Assembly (NCBI GenBank): GCA_043798935.1
Contig: JAZDOC010000014.1
Location: 3,549-67,548, forward strand
Direction of reading: 5' to 3'
From: Patescibacteria group bacterium
Lineage (GTDB): Bacteria; Patescibacteriota; Patescibacteriia; UBA9570; JAHJKD01
DNA: 64,000 bases
Position numbers and translations under genes: made by a program. The notes under the pieces are model-generated. The model saw only the letters and a program-made list of their open reading frames with translations, searched no databases and was not told the DNA's origin. Below are positions 8,871 to 17,000 of this stretch, in pieces; the first letter of the stretch is position 1; each line of letters begins with the position of its first letter.

Positions 8871-9265
8871 AATATTTGCTGTTCTTTAATAATCATTTTT
8901 TCAGCATCGCTGTTTTTTACGTGATCATACCCTAATATATGGAATAAACCATGAATTAATAAAATATTAACCTCTTTTCTGACACTGATTTTCTTTTCTT
9001 TGGCTTGTCGACAGGCTCGATTATAGGCAATATATATCTCCCCCACTTCTTTAGTGTAGATAAACGATAACACATCGGTTATTTTATCCTTGTGACGATA
9101 AATTCTGTTTATTTTTCTAATTTCTCGATCACTAACAATAATTATGTTTATTTCTCTTTGGCCTTTCTCTGGATTATTTTTATTTACTAAACTTACTACT
9201 TCAAAAATATTTTTCTCATTCACTGCCGGAGCAGATACAGATTTAATTAATGTTGGTATTATCAT
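8855..9265 (-). CDS. ybeY: rRNA maturation endoribonuclease YbeY
   Basis: HGLFHILGYDH metal-binding motif and KDKITDVLSF. The ybeY-dgkA pairing is conserved in many bacteria. Confidence 0.88.
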   Translation of the reverse strand: MIIPTLIKSVSAPAVNEKNIFEVVSLVNKNNPEKGQREINIIIVSDREIRKINRIYRHKDKITDVLSFIYTKEVGEIYIAYNRACRQAKEKKISVRKEVNILLIHGLFHILGYDHVKNSDAEKMIIKEQQILCRLV

Positions 9266-10382
9266 TACTATTGGCGTTTATATCGGTACTAATTTTTTTT
9301 GGTTTGGTTATTTTAAAACTTTTATACATCATGGTGAATGTAGACATAAAATTTACTTCTGTTTTATTACCATAGCTATAACTCACAACATAAATGTAAT
9401 TACTGTCGGCAAAATAAGCAGTCGTGCCATTTACCGTGAGCATGCCTTCTATTCCATTAACTTCAATCTGTTCTACATCATTAACACTGAAATCCTTATT
9501 TTGATCCAAATACCAATCTATCGCGCTGAATCCATAAGAATTTTTTTCGATAGCCACTTCAATAAATTCGCCGGCATTTTCTACATCATCCGGTGTAAAT
9601 ATTAATGTACCACCACCCTCCTTGATTATCTCCGCAATCCAGTTGGCCGGATAAATAATTGTATAACCATATTCAGATGTATTATTTTTATAAGTTTTAG
9701 CTAAATTACTGTCGGTAATTGTTCCAGCGCCGGCCGGGTTATAACCATTAATAATTTCTGAACCATCTTTATAACCATCGGCGTCTGTGTCGGGCTTATC
9801 AACCTTAGTTCCATAAATTTTTTCTTCAGCCACGCTTAATCCATCAATGTCTTTATCCTGAGCAATCACTACTTTTTTAGTGGTTTTTGGTTCACTTGCA
9901 GTATTTGTATTTTCGTTAGTGTTTGTGTTAGTGTTATTATTGTTATTAGTGTTTGTGTTAGTATTTGAATTTACTTTAGAGTTGTTTTTATTTACATTAT
10001 CGTTAGAATTTGTATTTGTATTTTTATTGCTATTTTTGTTAGTACTATCCTCGTTATTTGTATTGCTGTTTTCATTGCTGTTTGCTTGCTGGTTTGTATT
10101 TTCATTACTGTTCTCATTAGATACAATAGCATCAGTTCCGGAAGGTATATTTGAATAAATTAAATACCCGGCACCACCTAAAATAGCCACCACCGCTACA
10201 ATAATGACCGCTATTATTATCCAGCTGGCTTTTGAACCATGCGCCACACTCGGCTGACCGGTTTTTTGATCAATAACAGGTGCTTTTGTGGCAATAAATT
10301 TTTCCGGCATAGTATGTATTTCTACTGGTCCAACAGACTGCCCCATAGGATGAGCATTAGAATGCTGTTTCTCGTTTATCAT
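9243..10382 (-). CDS. N-in membrane-anchored surface protein with N/T-rich low-complexity linker, thrombospondin type-3-like Ca-binding repeat and C-terminal beta-rich domain
   Basis: TM helix WIIIAVIIVAVVAILGGAGYLIY, then a long NTNTNSNDN run, then a DKPDTDADGYKDGSEIINGYNPAGAG (DxDxDG) motif. It is a paralog of 10387..11046. Confidence 0.65.
   Translation of the reverse strand: MINEKQHSNAHPMGQSVGPVEIHTMPEKFIATKAPVIDQKTGQPSVAHGSKASWIIIAVIIVAVVAILGGAGYLIYSNIPSGTDAIVSNENSNENTNQQANSNENSNTNNEDSTNKNSNKNTNTNSNDNVNKNNSKVNSNTNTNTNNNNNTNTNTNENTNTASEPKTTKKVVIAQDKDIDGLSVAEEKIYGTKVDKPDTDADGYKDGSEIINGYNPAGAGTITDSNLAKTYKNNTSEYGYTIIYPANWIAEIIKEGGGTLIFTPDDVENAGEFIEVAIEKNSYGFSAIDWYLDQNKDFSVNDVEQIEVNGIEGMLTVNGTTAYFADSNYIYVVSYSYGNKTEVNFMSTFTMMYKSFKITKPKKISTDINANSNDNTNIN
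9895..10135. repeat. trinucleotide-periodic GT/TT-rich degenerate tandem repeat (encodes the N/T-rich linker on the minus strand)
   Basis: The 16-nt unit tagtgtttgtgttagt occurs exactly twice (9916-9931 and 9946-9961), surrounded by gtt/agt/att triplet iterations. Confidence 0.6.
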
Positions 10383-10386
10383 AATA

Positions 10387-11046
10387 TTATCTATTTAATT
10401 TTTTATCTAATTCTTTTTTAAAATCTATCAAATAACCTTCACCGCGCGGGTTGTACCCACTTTTTACTTCATGACCGTCTGCATAACCATCGCCGTCAGT
10501 ATCGGGATTTAATGGATCTGTTAAATACACCTTTACTTCTTCACGGTCAGTTAAACCATCAGCGTCGGTATCCGGACTGTTTACGGCCGTTTTATACTTC
10601 CCTTCCATTTCATCAGACAAGCCATCGTGGTCAGTGTCTATATACATAACTGGCTCAACAATGTTAATGGTTTGAGCGTTGTCTATTTCTTCATCTACAA
10701 TCTCTGAAACTGTATTAGTGTTGTTAGATACTGTTTCAAGCCCTTCATCTTCTAAAACCGTGGTTGGCTGATTACTATTTTCATTTGTTTGGCTTTTTAT
10801 TATATAGCTATATCCACACGCTCCACCAAGAGCCACAATAGCAATTATTATAAAAATAATAAAAAATTTGATCCGTTTTCTAGCATTAACTTTTTTATAA
10901 ACTTCATCGGTTATAACAAACGGTGCCGGTTCCGGACTAATATTATTTACTGGCGTGGCAGTTAGCCTAACAGGACCCGAAACAACACTGGAAAAAATAT
11001 CGTCCACTTCAACACTATTCGGCTGATTGTTAATTTCCTCCGGCAT
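10387..11046 (-). CDS. N-in membrane-anchored protein with tandem thrombospondin type-3-like Ca-binding repeats
   Basis: TM helix FFIIFIIIAIVALGGACGY, then DTDHDGLSDEMEG...DTDADGLTDREE...DTDGDGYADGHEVKSGYNPRGEG. Same architecture as 9243..10382. Confidence 0.65.
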   Translation of the reverse strand: MPEEINNQPNSVEVDDIFSSVVSGPVRLTATPVNNISPEPAPFVITDEVYKKVNARKRIKFFIIFIIIAIVALGGACGYSYIIKSQTNENSNQPTTVLEDEGLETVSNNTNTVSEIVDEEIDNAQTINIVEPVMYIDTDHDGLSDEMEGKYKTAVNSPDTDADGLTDREEVKVYLTDPLNPDTDGDGYADGHEVKSGYNPRGEGYLIDFKKELDKKLNR

Positions 11047-11052
11047 AATTTT

Positions 11053-14000
11053 TTATTGAACTATCTGGCAATCAGCATCACTTGTGCACCCAGTGCCAGT
11101 ATTAAAGCCACTATCACTACACGTATTAGATGAAACAGTATCACATGTACCGTAGTAAAAATTAGTCATAGCGCTAGATTGCATCTGATAATTAAAGCAG
11201 GTGCAACCCTGACTGGAATATTGCGACACCGAGGAACATGGATTGCCACTATAATTTGACCACGACCATGGGTAATCAGTTCCATTAAGCTCTAAATTAG
11301 CGTATATATCATAATTACTCCCATCACTGTTTCCTATATATTGATAGGTATATGACTCTTCATCATCATTCGAGCCGGTTGGGCAATAAAAATCATTTTC
11401 AATCGGATCCCAGCAGGTTCCACTTTCGTCGTAGCATTCTTCAGCCTCATTCCAGAAAGAATTATAAGGATCCGTGGCGATACTCTGGCCCAAAGCATTG
11501 CTTAATACAGAATTCCAAGACGGCCAAGTTGAGTTGGTGTAATGACGAATGTAGCTACCTTCGGCAACGCTTGGATAATTATTATTTGTGTCTTGATCTA
11601 AATCTAAATAATAATGACGAGCCAATAAATAATTCAATGAACCGATATCAGTAATTCTTTGAGTATCCCGAACTAATTGTTCTTTTATGGCTTGGCAAGC
11701 CCCGTCGCCAACCGGTGCAAATTCAGAATTGATATTAAACACTAACGAATCTTTTATTCTTCGCAGTGCTTCAAGAGTAGTTGCATCAGCTTCTTTGTTT
11801 ACAGATAATAAATAAATATTTGGATAGAGTGTTGAGCCGGATAAATTCGCTACAGAGACTAAAGTGTTATATGTTCCTTCAGCTGATTTGTAACCATCAA
11901 GAGTAGTATCGGAATAATTACTAAAATTTTCCAGCCTCAATTCACCCCATAAACCCGGGTGAACAGCATCATAAATCGTGGCACTGTTATCATCTAAACT
12001 GTTTGCAAATACTTGAATAGCAAACAAATCCTCATTATCAGAATTCTTGAACAAATCATAACGTAAATACTCATCGTTACCCGTGCCATTTTCAGCAACA
12101 ATGTAATCAGTATCACCATAATCAGGTAATAAATTATCAGCACTGCTACCCCGGCAATAGGCAAAAGAAAAATTATATCCACTCCAACCTGAATGAGCCG
12201 AAGAAATATATGAATTATCATCATAAGCGCTTAAAAAATCACGGCTGTCGCAATATACTACACGAACGAATTGCGAATCTGTAATTTCACCGCTCCAATT
12301 ATGATCTGGGTTAGCTAAATCACCTTCAATAGTTGCTGTAATCCAACCTGTTCCGGCAGTATATCCGGCTGTGGCGGTTTGAATGGCTTGATCTTCTAAA
12401 AATTCACCTTCATTATAATTTTCATTATTTTGATCGCATGCGCTGTCTAATGTGCAAGTAATTCCACTATCAGTATCACAAGCTACTGAATCCGACCCAA
12501 AATCTACTTCACATTCATAATCACTGTCGGCAGCATCTTGCGAAACACAAGTTGCATTGGTTTCATTTAGATCAATGTTTCTGTCATCTAAAGCGCATTC
12601 AGTTTCACCACTGTTTATGGTGCAAGCTTCTTCTTCTAATGTGCAATCACAAGTTCCACTATCACAAGCATTAGAATAATAGCACGTTCCATAAGTAGCT
12701 GTTTCACAATTATCTTCGCCATCATCAACCGTACAAGTTTCGCCTTTTAATTCACAACCGCACCCAGCTGATTCACTACAAGTTGTGATGTCGTAATAAC
12801 ACGCTTCATTATAAGTATCACCTAAACAATAAGTATCATTCTCATTCATGGTGCAAGTTTCCTCATCCGCTGTGCATTCGGTTTCACCTAAATTACAGGT
12901 GCAGGTACCTAAATCAATACCTTTAATAATGCCCACGGTCGGGCAAGCATCAGCTTCTAGATCTTCTAAAGAATCAAATAATGGATCCCAATGATAATCC
13001 CATCCTAATACGCCATCAATTGATATAATAGCCTGATCATCAGAACTGCGTCGAATTTCATCTTCACCGTCGGAATAAACATTAGCTAAAAAATTCTGCT
13101 CTTCTTCTTTGGAAATAAAAGTGTACGCGGAGTTAATAAATTCCTGGTTACTAGCTTCGACATCAATATAACTAGGCGGGCATCCACCAGCTTCGTCATT
13201 AGTAGTAAAACGCATTATCCAGATACTGCCGTCATTAGAACAAATACCAGCCGCAACTTGCGCATCCGAACATCCTAAAGAAACATAATTATCGCTGTCA
13301 ATTATTCCGGTATTATTGTAGCTATAAATTAATACTGCATATTCAGCCAAAGGATCTAAAATAGTGTTCTGTTGCAATACTAATGTTTGATCTTGACTCA
13401 AGCTTACACTGCTTAATAATGACTCTGCATCATTAAAACTACCGTCATAATCAGCATATTTAATTAATTTAATATAATCTTCATAGTTAACTTCAAAATC
13501 AGAATCATCACTATTATAAGCGTCGCTAGTTGTAATATTACTATTAAAAACTATGCTAAGTTGTGCATTGGTACAAATACCGATTTCATTATTAGTAGGC
13601 ACGCAAGATGCTTCATCTAAAAGTGGCCGATCATAACAAACCCCACCATCTACAATTTCACAACTAGTAGCACCGTCGACTACATCGCATGAGTCTAGTG
13701 AATTATCTGGATAACAGGGACAAACACTGGCACCGTCACTCGGAACACACTCTGCGTCTAACTCACAAGTAGCAACCACACTCTCCCGGCATCCAGTGTT
13801 ACCACAACATGAATCCGGATAATTAGCACAGAAACCGGCTGTTGACGAAGTGCATAATCCATATTCACCTTCGCCAGTAGATAAATCGCACATTAAATCA
13901 TCGGAACAATCAGAACACGTATCACAGGTAATATCATAATTTGCACCATTACTGCCACAAACCGTACCATCTTCTTTCACGGCTTTAACATATACATTTC

Positions 14001-17000
14001 CGGTTTCAGCTAATTCCGGTACATAGCTTAATAATGCTGCAGAACTTATGTAGTTGTACTCACCGTTATGATTATTAGTAAAAGTAATGTTTCCATAAAG
14101 TGCAGTGTAGTTTCTGGAATCTTCATTACACACCGCCGGGTCAGTATCAGCGCTGTCGTAACCGTCAACATAACAAGTTTCACTCTGCGACCACGAGCAT
14201 GATGTCGCTCCATTTTCAATCCAACAATATTGCGTTTCTTCATCCGGATTTATGCAACGACATTTATTAATGTCTGTCCAAGTTCCACTATTATCTTCAC
14301 AATTGCTTTGCGATGTATAAATGGCTTCACTGCAACCCGAAGTGAAATAATAATTATACCCTTGATTAGTTGATAATGTACTACTGCAAATTTCGCTAAC
14401 ATTTTCCGGATCAGCATAACAAGTATATGTATGATTAATATCGCAAGAACTACTGTCCACATCAATGTTACAACTGTCATCATAATCCCCATCGCAAGTA
14501 CAAAAAGATTCAGTATTTTCTGCACCCACATCGGTTGATCCATAAAAATTATATCCTGATAAGTCCACTTCATCTCCATAAGTTCCGTTTGAACCATCTA
14601 AATTGCATAACACTGGCACATCCACACCATCACATTCATTGCTTAAATTAAAGACCGTGCTATACCAAACGCTCTGGCATGCGCCTGTGCAAGTGCTTTC
14701 ATTACTACAACTATCACTGGAATTTTTACAATATGCTTGGCCAACCACACTTTGTTGCTCTTTATATGAACTGTCATTACTATCAAAATAAACTTGGCTC
14801 ACATTAACCTCGGCTGAATCCATACTGCTCGTAAAAATATTATCGGGCGCTATTATTTTAATTTCTTCATTATTCCAGGTTTCGTCTTCGGAACAAGCAA
14901 ATTCGGCTTCAACATCATTTAGAGTGACGCGTGAATAATAAGGAGAAGAAACACCGCCATTTTGATAAAAGCTACCAAAATGACATCCTCTGACAGTAAT
15001 TGGCTGACCAACATTTCCATAATTTGGACTAATCGAGCTTATATATGGTTGGCACATGCCGGCAATACAATCACTCTGACAACTGTCATAAGAACAATCG
15101 GTTTTATTTTCACAATCATTGCATTGTTCAGCCATCTGGCACAAATGATCTTCACAACAACCGCTCTGACAATCGCTGTTATATCGGCAATTTATGGAAA
15201 AATTTGTGTAATTACTAACTAAACCGTTAATATCACTTAGTCGTAAACCATTAGTAGCGCTAGTTAATGCATTCGGAGCCACATGAGTTTCTAACTTCCA
15301 AGCATCGGATCCATAAGTATCACTGTCGGTGGCTGACAAGTCCGTCCAAATACCGGTTGAAGTACGACCATTATAAAACTCGGCCCAGCGTTGATCGTTA
15401 CCGCTAGAATCAGTAGCTGTATTTAAAACATCAAAATGTGTACCATAAATATTTATAGCGTCTCCCTCTTGGCCATTATCTGGTTCAGCTAAGCATAAAC
15501 AAGGAGTGGGATCATTTTGAACGCTTATATTTTCATGAGTAACGGGAAGACCGTAATATGAAACTAAATTAATATCATAGTTTCCGGCCGATAAAGCAGT
15601 TGGCACCTCAACAATAATTTCATTATTAGACCATGTATCTTGGCAAAGATTTTCATTTAAATAAACACCCTCACTGTCGCTAAAACTTACTGACCCATGG
15701 CCGCTGAAACTATAAGTACTGTTAGATGAATCACAATCTGCTTCTAAGCTACACCCAACAGTTGAAGATAATAAACAAGTTGTATGTCCCTCACTCACCA
15801 GGCAAGTACGGCTACCATCGGTTTCAGTACAAGTACAAGTGCCCGAGCCCAAGCGTGATGGTCCAAAATAACAACCGCTAAGTGCTACGCAACCTCCCCG
15901 ACCAACCGGTTCCGGAGAAACAGCGTTTATAACCGGTGTACAATGAGAAGAAGTTAAATCGCAAGTCGATGTTTCGCAACCCGTGATCTGACAATCAGCA
16001 TCAGAAGTGCAATATCCAAAATCTACTTCAAACAAACTAGTATCATGAACCCAGCTATCAGCATAAGTAATCTCTCCTTCAGCTTCCACTGCTTCAGGGT
16101 AAGGGTCGGCTGAAACACCAGCGCTTACATAAGCCGTACCAAAATTTTCACTACCATCACCCTGCATATAAACTTTATTATATCCCGAGGTAGTATCCAT
16201 GGTGGTGTTGCCATCAGAAAATTTAACAATGTTATCGGCGTCATAATTATCGATTATCCAATGCCAATTTGTTTCATTGCTTAAGGCAAAGCAATCTGAA
16301 TTGTATGCACTGGCTTTATATGAATAATAATCACGGCTGGTATCATCATTAGTGACAGTATAATTAATAGGGTAAGGTTGTGCTGGATTATATCTGGTTT
16401 GCGTTTGTTCGACCGGACGTAATCGCACGCTGTCTACTGAACAAACCGTGGCGTCATTTCTAATTTTAAAATGCCATAAACCAGCTTCAGCTAAAGTAAT
16501 ACCGTAAGTATTAGTGACATTTTGTGTTACTGAAACCAAATACCAAGTATTAGGTATTAAATCTGATGATGGCGTAAATGAAAAACTTTCATAACCTGAT
16601 GCAAAATCTGGACTGCCACCCAAATATGCTTGAGAAAGCATTTCACTGGACCAACTTCCGGTTATTTCGCTGCCGCAAGATTCAGCCAAATAATTGCCGC
16701 TGGCATCACCGCTACCGCAATTATATATATCAACTCCGTCTGCTACTGAGCTATCGTTCATATCCGAATCAAATGCAACTACAACCGTGCTATTAACACA
16801 TGCCTGATCTTCATAGGGATGTGGATTCGGCAGATATATTAAATCATTATCAATATTACAATCATACGCGCCAAACAAACGCGGAGCTTGCTGACACGGA
16901 ATATTAAAATCTAAACTATTACTATAAACATTGTCGCCGGCATCATCTTTACTGGCCGCGGTTATTTCATAATCATCTTGAGCTGAAACCGGAGTACTGT

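Noticed and set aside
9144-10421. Plus-strand ORFs 9144-9605, 9880-10158 and 10239-10421 opposite ybeY and the TSP3 genes
   Set aside because: They are antisense to genes with clear motifs. ORF 9880-10158 is the mirror image of the N/T low-complexity repeat (a poly-Leu/Phe/Val artefact).
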